Positions 11,801 to 27,500 of a DNA stretch of 64,000 bases are shown piece after piece (the stretch's first letter is position 1; each line of letters begins with the position of its first letter). Made by a program: the position numbers and the translations under genes. Source of the DNA: Octopus sinensis (Eukaryota); the NCBI RefSeq assembly GCF_006345805.1, contig NC_043019.1, positions 9,857,360-9,921,359 of the forward strand, written 5' to 3'. Under the pieces are notes generated by a model. The model did not search any database. It worked only from the letters and a program-made list of their open reading frames with translations, and was not told the DNA's origin.

Positions 11801-14800
11801 AAGAAGCCCGTCATATATATGTATATATATATGTCTGTGTTTGTCCCCCTAGCATTGCTTGACAACCGATGCTGGTGTGTTTACGTCTCCATCACTTAGC
11901 GGTTCGGCAAAAGAGACCGATAGAATAAGTACTGGGCTTACAAAGAATAAGTCCCGGGGTCGATTTGCTCGACTAAAGGTGGTACTCCAGCATGGCCGCA
12001 GTCAAATGACTGAAACAAGTAAAACAAAAAATATGCATTATAAAATTCTATAATATAAGATAGATATAATAGTGAACTTACTGACAGAATTGGTAAATAA
12101 TAGTTTCAAGTACCAACATTGGTCCTGTGCTGCCTAGAATGTTTAAAGGCTGACCTGAAAATAAGGCAAATACCACACCAGAGAGAGCTGCTGTCAAAAT
12201 ACATTCCATTGTCCCCTGAGGTGAGGGGGGAAAAGCAAAATTATTACATTTAGTTTTTTTTATGTGTGTGTGAAGAGATAAAGAAAAAAATACCAAAAAA
12301 GACAAGAAAATTTAAAGTAGTTAAATACCATGTAGCCCTTGGTTTTGCTGCCAAGGATTCCACCAAAAGTGACATTTTGAGTAAACGTTGCCAAAAATAA
12401 GAAAATCACTGAAGCCAAACATTGGACATGAAGACAATCTTTGAAATCACTGGCATACCAAGGTAATTTTCGTTTAAAGTCATTAATTAAGCCGCCAAAA
12501 ATCCTACAAAATAATTATTTAAGAAAATTACACCATTAAAACATTAACAAATAATGATAAAGGCTATAGTTTGATATTTTTTCTTCTGCTCTTCTGGTTT
12601 CACTATTTATTTCAACTCATATCTGCAGGGAGACAGAACAAAGTTCATGTAAATAGACAAAATAAACATGGAAGATATGTTAATTGTTGTGAAAAACCCT
12701 ACAGTATTACTCAGCTGCATGTTTGTGGATCCCATTAGTCCATACATGGTCAGCTCTATTATGTTGTGATCCAAGACTAGTGGTGTGTCACTTTCACATT
12801 ATGGATGAGATCTACATTGTTTGTGAAATTGATCAAGTATATTATTTGTAATGGTTGGTTACATATTTGCTCATTATACATACAACTTGTTGGTGAGGTT
12901 GAGCGGGGATTCCACCTGACTTTGCTCACATCATGTTATTCCTGAGAGGAAAAGGCATTCAGGCCATTTCACATTGGGCAGGTTGAAATCTCCCACGAGA
13001 AACATACTCTTCTATTCTTGCAAGGCAGTCTTCAAATAGGCCTGTGTGTTTTGAGGCATCTGGTGGGTGATATGTAATGCATCACTATGCTGAGTTGTCA
13101 TATGTATAAGTTTTGTGTCACACGCTGAGTTTGAGTGTGACAAAAGGATCTGGGCCATTAGATTTTCATGGATGTATATTGCAATTCCATCATAGCTCCT
13201 ATCTTTTCTATTGCTTCACAATACCACATACTTTGGTATGTGTATTTCTGCACCTGCAATGTTGGGTTTTAGGTACATTTCAGTAATTGCTTTGCATAAG
13301 ACTTGATTGCATGTCAATAGGTCTCTCAGGAAAGTAATTTTGGTTCTGTTATTGAATTGTAACAGTCCATTTATATTTATAAAGTATATTAGTGTGACTT
13401 CTGTGCCGATGCCAGTGGTGGCCACCCTGGATCCACTGGTTGTGGCAGTCTTGTGTGTTGGTGGGGATGGCTACAACTCTGGAATTGATGAAGCCAGTTT
13501 AGTTGTTGCTCAATCTTTTGAACCATGCATAAAAAAGATTGTTCCTCAGCTGCAACCCTTATGATGGCTTCTGGATAGAGCTGGTTTTTAGAAGTAGTAC
13601 ACACTTCATATATATATGTATATATATATGTATATATAATAATATATATATATTATATACATATATATATATTATATATATTCATCATCATCGTTTAGCG
13701 TCCGCTTTCCATGCTAGCATGGTTGGAAGGTTCAACTGGGGTCTGGGAAGCCAGAAGGCTACACCAAGCCCAGTCTGATCTGGCAATGTTTTCTACGGCT
13801 GGTTGCCCTTCCTAATGCCAACCACTCCGTGAGTGTGTGGGTGCTTTTTACGTGCCAACCGGCACTATATATATATTTATATGTATATATATGTATATAT
13901 GTATATATGTATATATATAATATATGTATATATATATGTATATATATATATATATGTATATATATGTATATATTTATATATTGTATATATATGTATATAT
14001 ATATATTGTATATATATATATATATGTGTATATATATATATTATATATATGTTATAATATATAATATATATGTTATATATATATATAATTATATGTATAT
14101 ATTAATAATATATATATATATGTATGTATATATATATGTCCTAAGCCACCTGGACTACTGCTCTCAACTGTGGTCACCGCATAGTGTCAAACTAACCACA
14201 GAGCTTGGAGACAATCCAAAGACATTTCACCAAGAGGATTTCCCCACCATGAAAGAAAGAACTATTGGGAGAGGCTTAGGGAACTCAATTTGTACTCCTT
14301 GGAACGAAGACGAGAGAGTGATATACATATGGAAAATCCTGGAGGGACTAGCACCAAATTTTGGAATTGAGAGCTGTTCCAATCCCCGTACAGGACGTCA
14401 CTGTGTGGTGCCAAAGGTCCCGTCTTCCACATCCAGGGTAAGGAGCAGATACTGTAATAGCCTGGGTTTCAGGGGCCCTCAGCTGTTCAACAAACTGCCA
14501 AGAAAACTAAGAGATCTACATGATGCGGATGTGGACATTTTCAAAAAACATCTAGACAAGCTGCTTTCCGGGATCCCAGATGAACCCACTGCAAGGTACG
14601 AAGGTAACCTAAGGGCAGCAGCTACAAACTCTCTCTTAGATCAGTGGCCAGCCACGGCAAACTGGACTTAGAGAGGGTAGCAACAAGGGCGGTGCCCCAG
14701 CATGGCCTCAGCCGGATGGCTGAAACAAGTAAAAGAGTACAAAGATATATATATATTATATATACATATATATTTATATATATATTATATATATATATAC

Positions 14801-17800
14801 ACATATATACTTATATTATATACACATATATACATTATATATATATACACATATATACATTATATATATATACACAGATATCATTATATATATATACACA
14901 ACATATACATTATATATATATACACACATATACATTATATAATATACATATATTATATTATATTATATACACATATATACATATATATTATATTATATAT
15001 ATATACATATATATATACATATATATATATATATTATATAATTACATATATATATCTTATATATATATACATATATATATATTATATATATATACACATA
15101 TATATTATATATATATACACATATATATATTATATATATATACAATTATATTATTATATATATACATATTAATATATTATACATATATATATATTATTAT
15201 ATATACACATATATATTATATATATATACACATATATATTATATAATATACCATATATATATTTATATATATATACACATATATATATTATATATATATA
15301 CACATATATATATTATATATATATACACATATATATTATATATATATACACATATATTATTAATATACACATATATATTATATATACACATATATATTTA
15401 TATATATACACCTATATATATATTATATATTATACACATATATATATATTATATATATATACACATATATTATATATACACATATATATATTTATATATA
15501 TATACACATATATATATTATATATATATACACATATATATATTATTATATATATACACAATATATATATTATATATATATAACATATATATATATTATAT
15601 ATATATAACATATATATATATTATATCTATATACATATATATAATTATATATATATACATATTATATATTAATATATATTACATCATATATTTCTATATA
15701 TATACATATATATATATTATATATATATCTATATATATATTATATATATATACATATATATAATATATATTATATACATATATATATATATATTATATAC
15801 ACTATATATATTATATATATATACATATATATATATTTATATATTATACATATATATTCTATTATATCATCTACATATATATATTATCTATATATACATA
15901 TATATATTTATATATATATACATATATATAATTATCTATATATACCTATATATATTATATATATATACATATATATATATTATATCTATACATATATAAT
16001 ATATTATATATATACACATATATATATATACATATATATACACAGATATATATATACATATATATATATATACATACATATATATACATATATATTATAC
16101 ATACATATATATACATATATATACTATATACATATATATACATATATATATATATATACATATATATACATATATATATATATATACATATATATACATA
16201 TATATATATACATATATATACATATATACATATATATACATATATCTATATACATATATATATATACATATATATACATATATATTATCCATATAATATA
16301 TACATATATATACATATATATATATACATATATATACATATATATATATACCTATATATACATTACATATATATATATACATATATATGCATATATATAT
16401 ACATATATATACATATATATATCTATATATATACATATATATACATATATTATATAACATATATATATACATATATTACATATATATACATATATATATA
16501 TACATATATATACATATATATATAACATATATATATATATATATACATATATATATTCTATATACATACATATTATACATATACATATATATACATATAC
16601 ATATATATACATCATCATCATCATTTAGCGTCCGTTTTCCATGCTAGCATGGTTGGACGGTTCAACTGGGGTCTGGGGAGCCCGAAGGCTGCACCAGGCC
16701 AGTCAGATCTGGCAGCGTTTCTACAGCTGGATCCCTTCTTCCTAACGCCACCACTCCGAGAGTGAGTGGGTGATTTTATGTGCCACCGACACAGGTGCCA
16801 GACGAGGCTGGCGAACGGCCACGCTCGGATGGTGTTTTTATGTGCCACCGACACAGGTGCCAGACGAGGCTGGCAGACGCCCACGCTCGGATGGTGTTTT
16901 TATTATGTGCCACCGGACACAGGTGCCAGATGAGGCTGGCGGACGGCCACGATCGGATGGTGTGTTGTTACGTCCCCAAAGCACGGAGGCCAGCCTATGC
17001 GGTACTGGCTACGGCCACGTTCGGATGATTTTTCTTGTGTGCCACCGGCACTGGTACCAACAAAGATACAAATTCCATTTATGTTCATCTATTTTATTTG
17101 TTTTGATTTGATTTGATTTGATTTGATTTTCACTTGCCTCAACAGGTCTTCACAAGTGTCACAAGAAGGAAGGTATGCATAGGTGGACTGTCTACGGTCG
17201 CCGGGTCTTCGGATGGTGTCTTTATGTGCCACCGACACAGGTGCCAGATGTGGCTGGCGAACGGCCACGAATCGGATGGTTTTCTTGTGTGCCACCGGTA
17301 CTGGAACCACAAAGATACAAATTCCATTGATGTTCATCTATTTTGATTTGGTTTGATTCACTTGCCTCAACAGGTCTTCACAAGTGTCACGCGTGTCACA
17401 CACTTGCCTCAACAGGTCTCCACAAGTGTCACACACTTGCCTCTGCTCACCGGTCTTCACAAAGTGTCAACACACTTGCCTCGCCTCAACAGGTCTTCAC
17501 AAGTGTCATAAGAGGGAAGGTATGCACAGTGGACTGACTACGTCGCCGGGTCTTTGGATGGTGTTTTTATGTGCCACCGACACAGGTGCCAGGTGAGGCT
17601 GGCGAACGGCCACGATCAGATGGTGTTTGTTGTGCCCACAGCACTGAGGCCAGTCGACGGCCACGTTCGGATGGTTTTCTTGTGTGCCACCGGTACTGAA
17701 CCACAAAGATACAATTCCATTGATATTCATCTATTTTGATTTGGTTTGATTTTCACTTGCCTCAACAGGTCTTCACAAGGGTCCACACCTTGCCTCAACA

Positions 17801-19826
17801 GGTCTCCACAAGTGTCACACACTTGCCCTCTGCCTCAACAGGTCTTCACAAGTGTCACACACTTGCCTCAACAGGTCTTCACAAGTGTCATAAGAGGGAA
17901 GGTATGCACAGGTGGACTGACTACGTCGCCGGTCTTCGGATGGGCTTTATGTGCCACCGGCACAGGTGCAGATGAGGCTGGCGAACGGCCACGATCGGAT
18001 GGTGTGTGTTGTGCCCACAGCAACGGAGGCCAGTTCGATGCGGTACTGGTTACGGCCACGTGTGGGTGGTTTTCTTGTGTGCCACCGGCACTGGTACCAC
18101 AAAGAATACAATTCCACTGATGTTTCATCTATTTTGATTTGTTTTGATTTGATTTGATTTTCACTTGCCTCAACAGGTCTTCATAGTGTCACAAGAAGGA
18201 AGGTATGCACAGGACTGACTACGTCCCGGTCGGGGCCACGGGTTATGGCCTGACTAGTCTTGCCGGGTCTTCTCATGCACAGCATACTTCCATAGGTCTC
18301 GGTCTCTAGACATTTCCTTAGTGAAGACCTAAAGTTCGAAGGTCGTGCTTCACCACCTCGTCCCAGGTTTTCCTGGGTCTACCTCTTCCACAGGTTCCCT
18401 CCACTGCTAGGGTGTAGCACTTTTGCACACACTATCTTCAGCCTTTCTTGTCACATGACCATACCAGCGCAGCCGTCTCTCTTGCACGCCACAACTGACG
18501 CTCTTCTTAGCTTCAACTTTTCTCTCAAGGAACTTACACTCTGACGATTATGAACACTGACATTACACATCCATCGGAGCATACTGGCTTCATTTCTTGC
18601 GAGCTTACGCATATCCTCAGCAGTCACGGCCATGTTTCACTACCATGTAGCATGGCTGTACGTACACATGCATCATACAGTCTGCCTTTTACTCTGAGCG
18701 AGAGGCCTTTTTGTCACCAGCAGGGGTAGAGCTCTCTAAACTTTGCCCAGGCTATTCTTACTCTAGCAGTTCACTTTCAGCACACCACCCCCGCTACTGA
18801 CTTTGGTCTCCTAGGTAGCGGAAGCTATCAACTACTACTTCTAGTTTGTCTCCCTGGAACGTGGCAGAAGTGGTCTCTGCATATTTCCAGTGTTTATTGC
18901 TCCTGAGCATTTGCCACAAGACAAAACTATTTTCCTAGTTAGCCTTCCTTTGACATTGCTGCACCTCTTATGTGTCCATAGCTTACACTTGGTGCATCTT
19001 ATAGAGTTTCTACCTACACCTTTTTACAGATCGAGCAGGGCCATCTACCTGAAGGCGTTTGTGATTGATCTACCTTCCTACTTATTAGAACTTTGGTTTG
19101 GCTAGGTTGATTCTAAGGCCCTTCGATTCTAACCTTGTTTCCACCACCTGAAAACTTCTCCTCCAGTTCTGATAGTGGACTCAGCAATTAGAGCAAGGTC
19201 ATCAGCATAGAGGAGCTCCCAGGGGCAACCTGTCTTGAATTCCTCCGTTATTGCCTGGAGGACTATGATAAATAGGAGGGGACTGAGGACTGAACCTTGG
19301 TGGACCCCAACCTCTACCCGGAATTCTTCACTGTACTCGTTGCCAACCCTCACCTTACTAGCAGCGTCCTCTGTACTGGCTTGCACAGCTCTCACCAACC
19401 ATTCTTCTATTCCCTATTTTCCTCATTGACCACCAGATAAGGGACCGGGGGACCCTGTCAAAGGCTTTCTCCAAGTCAACAAAAGCCAGGTACAAGGGCT
19501 TATCTTGGCTAGGTATTTCTCCTGCAGCTGTCTTACCAGGAATTAGCATCAGTAGTACTTTTCCCTGGCACGAACCCACTGCATATCATCTAAGGAAACT
19601 CTCTCTCTAATTAGTTGGGCTACAACCCTCTCCGTACCTTCATTACCTGATCCAGCAGCTTGATGCCCCTGTAGTTATTTGTCTCTAGGGCGTCGCCTTT
19701 ACCTTTGTAGCAGTTGACTATATGCTGCTACACCAGTCATTGGTATGACCCCCCTCGTTATCACCTGGTTAACTATACGGGTGACTAAGCTATAGCCGAC
19801 ACCACCAGATATATACAATATATACA

Positions 19827-19866
<40 letters not shown>

Positions 19867-20768
19867 CATATATAGACCGGAGTAACACATAAATGTGAAA
19901 CAAGGTGGAAAAAAGAGTACTCAATTTTTTTTTTAACAATGTTTTTTTAAAAAAGCATGTTGTCAAATTTAGAATGTTTATATAAGTTTGTGTATAGCAA
20001 GCATATGTATTTGTAAGCATGCGTATCTGTGTATGTGTAAGTGAAAGTATGCTTGTGCTTAAGCACGCATACACACGACGGTATGTATATGTACAATTCA
20101 AACTTGTGTAGTATACTGGCCTCTATAGATGCCATAATATCGCTACAAGTTTTTTTTTTCCCTACCCCTCCCTCGTTCCTTTTTCTCTCTTTCCCCTTCT
20201 TGTTTTCGTTCCCCCTCCTGCTCCGTATATGAGAATTGCTACATAGATATTTTAGCTTGCGTGCGAGACGGTTTGCGTGAATATATGTACACATGCTTTT
20301 ATGTGTATAATTTAGATTCATTTCATACGTCTGTATATGTATGTATGGTGTTTACGCGCATCCTTTTGTGTATGTTGATATATATATGTGGATTTTAATA
20401 TAAATATGTTTGCAGTATTTATAACAGGTTTAATTTTCTATGCATTAATTTGTACTGTCTTCATTAACGGCAATAGGTTTTTTCCTCGGTTTTTTCCTCG
20501 GATTTTATAATTTTTATAATTTTTATAAGTTTTTTTATATATATATACATATATTTTTGACCTTTTTGTTTATCGCTCGAAGATTGACCGTTTTTTCTAA
20601 AGGGCCAATCAAACAAGTCCATTTCTTTTTAAAGGTGTAGCGTTTGTAAGAGTATAGATTGAATTGATATATATGTTCCATTCTAGCAAAACTGTCTGAT
20701 GAACGGCAACGAGAAACTCAGAGTAACAGATTTTGTTGAATTTTCTGCTGCTTAAAATAAAGTAATAC

Positions 20769-20822
<54 letters not shown>

Positions 20823-21505
20823 TAATATATTCATATACATATATATATATACAATATATATATACATATATATATATATACATATAATATACATACATAT
20901 ATATATATACATATATATACATACATATTATTATATATACATATATATACATACATATTATATATATATACATACATATTATATATATATACATACATAT
21001 ATATATATATACATCATATATAATATATACATACATATTATATATTATACAATTATATATATATACATATATACATATTATATATATACATATTATATAT
21101 ATATACATACATATTATATATAATATACATATATACATATTATATATATATACATATACATATTATATATATATACATTATACATATTATATATATATAC
21201 ATATATACATATTATATATATATACTATATACATATTATATATATATATATACATATTATATATATATATACATATTAATATTATACTATATATATATAT
21301 ACCTACAACATATATATATACATACTTTATATATAATATACATATATATATATCTATAATATATATATATATATATCCTATATATCTATTACATACATAT
21401 TATATATATATACATATATATATATTATATATATTATATATATATCCATATATATATATATACATACATATTATATATTATACATATATATTATATATAT
21501 AATAT

Positions 21506-21544
<39 letters not shown>

Positions 21545-22009
21545 ATATATATATACATATATTATACTATATATACCCTATATATATATAAGATATATAT
21601 CATATATATATATATCATATATCACCTATATATATATATATACATATATATCTATATTATATATTCTACATATATATAATTATATATATACATATATATA
21701 TTATATATATACATCATAATATTTAATTATATATACATATATATATATATCTATACATATATATATTATATATATACATATATATATTATATATAATACA
21801 TATAATATTTATATTATATACATATACATATATTATATATATACATACATATATATATTATATATATATTACATATATTATTATTATATATACATATATA
21901 TATTATATATATCTATCCATTTATATACATATATATATATACATTATCTATATACATATCTATATATACATATATATATACATATATATATACATATATA
22001 TACTATATC

Positions 22010-22053
<44 letters not shown>

Positions 22054-23728
22054 ATCCATATATATACATATATATATATACATATATATCCATATATATA
22101 CATATATATATATTATATATATACCTATATATATTTATATATCTACATATTATATATTATATATATATACTATATATATATTATATATATGATATATAGC
22201 TATATATAGATATATATATTATATATCTATTACCTAATATTATTATATATATCTCCATATATATTATATATACATATATATATATACATATAACTATATA
22301 TACATCATCATCATCATCGTTTAACGTCCGCTTTCCATGCTAGCATGGTTGGACGGTTCAACTGGGGTCTGGCAAGCTCGAAGGCTGCACCAGCCAGTCA
22401 GATCTGGCAGTGTTTCTACAGCTGGATGCCCTTCCTAACGCCAACCACTCTGAGAGTGTAGTGGGTGATTTTATGTGCCACCGACACAGGTGCCAGACGA
22501 GGCTGGCAGACGGCCACGCTCGGATGGTGTTTTTATGTGCCACCGACACAGGTGCCAGACGAGGCTGGCAGACGGCCACGCTCGGATGGTGTTTTTATGT
22601 GCCACCGACACAGGTGCCAGATGAGGCTGGCAGACGGCCACGCTCGGATGGTGTTTTCTTATGTCCCACCGACACAGGTGCCAGACGAGGCTGGCGAACG
22701 GCCACGCTCGGATGTTGTTTGTTACATGCCCACAGCACAGAGGCCAGTCGATGCGGTACTGGCTACGGTCACGTTCGGATGGTTTTCTTATGTGCCACCC
22801 ACAAGGATACAAATTCCATTGATGTTCATCAAAGACTTTCTCCAAGTCAACGAAAGCCAGATACAGAGTTTTATCTTTGGCTAGGTATTTCTCCTGCAGC
22901 TGTCTCACCAGAAATATGGTATCAGTGGTGCTTTTCCCTGGCACGAAACCAAACAGCATCTCATCTAGGTTGACTCGCTCTCTAATCAGTTGGGCTATGA
23001 CCCTTTCTGTAACCTTCATTACCTGATCCAACAGCTTAATACCTCTGTAATTACTTGTATCTAGGGCGTCACCTTTACCTTTGTAGCAGTTGACTATTAT
23101 GCTACTACACCAGTCATTGGGTATGACTCCTTCGTGTATCACCTGGTTTACTATACGGGTGACTAGGCTATAGCCGACACTGCCAGATATTTTGAGCATC
23201 TCAGCAGTAATTCCTGACGGGCCTGGGGCTTTCCCTGTCTTCAAGCTTCCAATTGCCTTAACTACCATGGAACTGTCAACTCGGATAGCTGGTCCCTCTA
23301 TTGGGTCGACATTCGGCAGACTCTCTTTATCCCATTCATTCTCTTTGTTGAGCAACCTTTCATAGTGGCATCTCCAAACCTCTCTCTTTGCATCCTCATT
23401 TAGCGCAAGTGAACCATCATCCATGCGAACACATTTCTCTCCTACCACATCACGAATCTCTCTCACACACTGTCTTGCAACATGAAACACCTCAAGTCTT
23501 TGGTCCTCACGGCACAGAACATTGGCAAATTTTTTTCTTATCTGCTTCCCCTCTAGCAAAATATACCTGTCTCCTAGCTTCTCTTTTTGCAGTCTGATAC
23601 AATTCCCTACTATCGCCTTTCCTCCAGTCCTTCCAAGTCTGTCTCTTGTCTCTAATAGCCCTGTCTACAACATTGTTCCACCACCACGTTACCCTGGGAC
23701 GAGATGGGACTTTGCTCCATCACAGATC

Positions 23729-23768
<40 letters not shown>

Positions 23769-24485
23769 GCATTTCTATTTTGGATGTATTTGGGGTATTT
23801 AGTTGTGCTCATGACTTAGTATTTTGCTTCTTCCATGAGTATGAGTAAGTATCTCGTTTATTTCTTTACCACATTTATCACTGACAAAGGGAGGGTTCTT
23901 ACGAACTAATCCTGAAATCAGTCCGATATGGTAATAATGGAATTTTTTAGAAATTTCTATCAGCTTTTTTTCGAGTAGCGTGCGTATTGTGAAAAATTAT
24001 ATGGTAATGGACAATATGTCCAATTTTTCGGCATATTTGGCATTAGAGATCTTTTTGTTTGCCCTTATTTATAAGCTGTTTATAATTTTAACCTTTAAAG
24101 GTATTTTTTAATATGCTGGCCATTGATAAAATATTTTTAGAAAAAATTTTATCCTACATTAAATATATATATATATATACATTATATGTGTGTGTTTGAA
24201 AGAGAGAACATAGCCTAGTGGTTAGCATGTTTTAATCACAACTGCAAGACCATGGTTTCAATTCTTAGAGCAGGTGATGCATTGTGTTCTTCAGCAAAAC
24301 ACTTCATCTCATGTTACTCTGTGATTACTTCGATCCCTGGTATGTGACACACTGTGCACCTTCTCAGACAACGTTCATTTGATGGAGAGTGAGCTAATAT
24401 GTGGCATGAACATTTGATCACTGTAAACATCTGTGCTGGTCATTTGGCAAGCTGAACGCTCATATGTCATCTTCGATGAGAGTGT

Positions 24486-24522
<37 letters not shown>

Positions 24523-27500
24523 TCCTCATTTAACGTCCGCTTTCCATGCTAGCATGGGTTGGACAGTTCAACTGGAGTCTGGGGAGCCCGAAGGCTGCAC
24601 CAGGCCAGTCAGATCTGGCAGTGTTTCTACAGCTGGATGCCCTTCCTAACGCCAACCACTCCGAGAGTGTAGTGGGTGATTTTATGTGCCACCGACACAG
24701 GTGCCAGACGAGGCTGGCGAACGGCCACGCTCGGATGGTGTTTTTTTTTTTATGTGCCACCGACACAGGTGCCAGACGAGGCTGGCAGACGGCCACGCTC
24801 GGATGGTGTTTTTATGTGCCACCGACACAAGTGCCAGATGAGGCTGGCGAACGGCCACGATCGATGGTGTTTGTTACGTGCCCACAGCACGGAGGCCAGT
24901 CGATGCGGTACTGGCTACGGCCACGTTCGGATGGTTTTCTTGTGTGCCACCGGCACTGGTACCACAAAGATACAAATTCCATTGATGTTCATCTATTTTG
25001 ATTTGGTTTGATTTTCACTTGCCTCAACAGTCTTCACAAGTGTCATAAGAAGGAAGGTATGCACAGGTAGACTGACTACGTCCCAGGTAGGGGCCACGGT
25101 TATGGCCTGACTAGTCTTGCCGGTCTTTGGATGGTGTTTTTATGTGCCACCACACAGGTGCCAGATGAGGCTGGCGAACGGCCACAATCGGATGGTGTTT
25201 GTTACGTGCCCACAGCACGATGTGGTACTGGCTACCGCCACGTTCGGATGGTTTTCTTGTGTGCCACCGGCATTGGTACCACAAAGATACAAATTCCATT
25301 GATGTTCATCTATTTTGATTTGTTTTGATTGGATTTGATTATGATTATGATTATGATTATTATTATTATTATCACTTGCCTCAACAGGTCTTCACAAGTG
25401 TCATAAGAAGGAAGGTATGCACAGGTGGACTGACTACGTCCCAGGAAGGGGCCACAGGCTATGGCCTGACTAGTCTTGCCGGGTTTTCGGACAGGTGCCA
25501 GATGAGGCTGGCGAACGGCGTTTGTTATGTGCCCACAGCACGGAGGCCAGTCGATGCGGTACTGGCTACAGCCACGTTCGAATGGTTTTCTTGTGTGCCA
25601 CCGGCACTGGTACCACAGAGATACAGATTCCATTGATGTTCATTTGTTTTGATTTTTTTGATTTGTTGTTTGGTTGATTTTCACTTGCCTCAACAGTCTT
25701 CACAAGTGGTCACAAGAAGGAGGTATGCACGGTGGACTCCCAGGTAGGGGCCACCCACGATCAGATGGTGTTTGTTATGTGCCCACATCACAGAGGCAGT
25801 CGATGCGGTCCGCTTACGGCACATCGGAGGTTTTCTTGTGTGCCCCGGTACTGGTACCACAAAGATACAAATTCCATTGATGTTCATCTATTTTGATTTG
25901 GTTTGATTTGATTTTGATTTTCACTTGCCCAACAGGTCTTCACAAGTGTCACACACTTGCCTCTGCCTCAACAGGTCTTCACAAGTGTACACACTTGCCT
26001 CAACAAGTGTCCACCACTTGCCTCAACAGGTCTTCACAGTGTCATAAGAAGGAAGGTATGCACAGGTGGACTGACTACGTCGCGGGTCTTCGGATGGTGT
26101 TTTTATGTGCCACTGACACAGGTGCCAGATGAGGCTTGGCGAACGGCCACGATCAGATGGTGTTTGTTGTGCCACAGCACGGAGGCCAGTCGATGCGGTA
26201 CTGGCTCCGGCCACGTTCGGGTGGTTTTCTTGTGTGCCACCGGTACTGGAACCACAAAGATACAAATTCCATTGATGTTCATCTATTTTGATTTGTTTGA
26301 TTTTCACTTGCCTCAACAGTCTTCACAATGACACGTTCACACACTTGTGCCTCAACAGGTCCCCTCCACAAGTGTCACACCCCTTGCCTCTGCCTCAACA
26401 GGTCTTCACAAGTGTCACACACTTCCTCAACAGGTCTTCACAAGTGTCATAAGAGGAAGGTATTGCACAGGTGGACTGACTACGTCGCCGGGTCTTCGGA
26501 TGTGTTTTTTATGTGCCACCGACACAGGTGCCAGATGAGGCTGGCGAACGGCCACGATCGGATGTGTTTTGTTGTGCCCACAGCACGGAGGCCAGTCGAT
26601 GCGGTACTGGTTACGGCCACGTTCGGGTGGTTTTCTTGTGTGCCCACTGGCCTGGTACCACAAAGATTACAATTCCATTGATGTTCATCTATTTTGATTT
26701 GTTTTGATTTGATTTTCACTTGCCTCAACAGGTCTTATAAGTGTCACAAGAAGGAAGGTATGCAAAGGTGGACTGACTACGTCCCAGGTAGGGGCCACGG
26801 GTTATGGCCTGACTATCTTGCCGGGTCTTCTCACGCACAGCATACTTCCATAGGTCTCGGTCTCTAGACATTTCCTTGTGAGACCTAAAGTTCGAAGGTC
26901 GTGCTTCACCACCTCGTCCCAGGTTTTCCTGGGTCTACCTCTTCCACAGGTTCCCTCAACTGCTAGGGTGTAGCACTTTTGCACACAACTATCTTCAGCC
27001 TTTCTCGTCACATGACCATACCAGCACAGCCGTCTCTCTTGCACACCACAACTGACGCTTCTTAGGTTCAACTTTTCTCTCAAGGAACTTACACTCTGAC
27101 GATTATGACCACTGACATTACACATCCATCGGAGCATACTGGCTTCATTTCTTGCGAGCTTACGCATATCCTCAGCAGTCACGGCCCATGTTTCACTAAC
27201 CATGTAGCATGGCTGTACGTACACATGCATATACAGTCTGCCTTTTACTCTGAGCGAGAGGCCTTTTGTCACCAGCAGGGGGTAAGAGCTCTCTAAACTT
27301 TGCCCAGGCTATTCTTACTCTAGCAGTTACACTTTCAGCACACCCACCCCCGCTACTGACTTGGTCTCCTAGGTAGCGGAAGCTATCAACTACTTCTAGT
27401 TTGTCTCCCTGGAACGTGGCAGAGAAGTTGGTCTCTGCACATTTCCAGTGTTTATTGCTCCTGAGCATTGCCACAGACAAAACTATTTTCCTAGTTAGCC

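Noticed and set aside
16770-18200. Regularly spaced repeats resembling a CRISPR array (also 22465-22720, 24680-26760, 57440-57880)
   Set aside because: Head-to-tail units without unique spacers, no cas genes, and located in RTE 3'UTRs within a eukaryotic intron.
13829-22300. Long Y/I/H/M/C-rich ORFs
   Set aside because: Translations of (TA)n microsatellites; only 14139-14671 and the RTE parts are real LINE coding relics.
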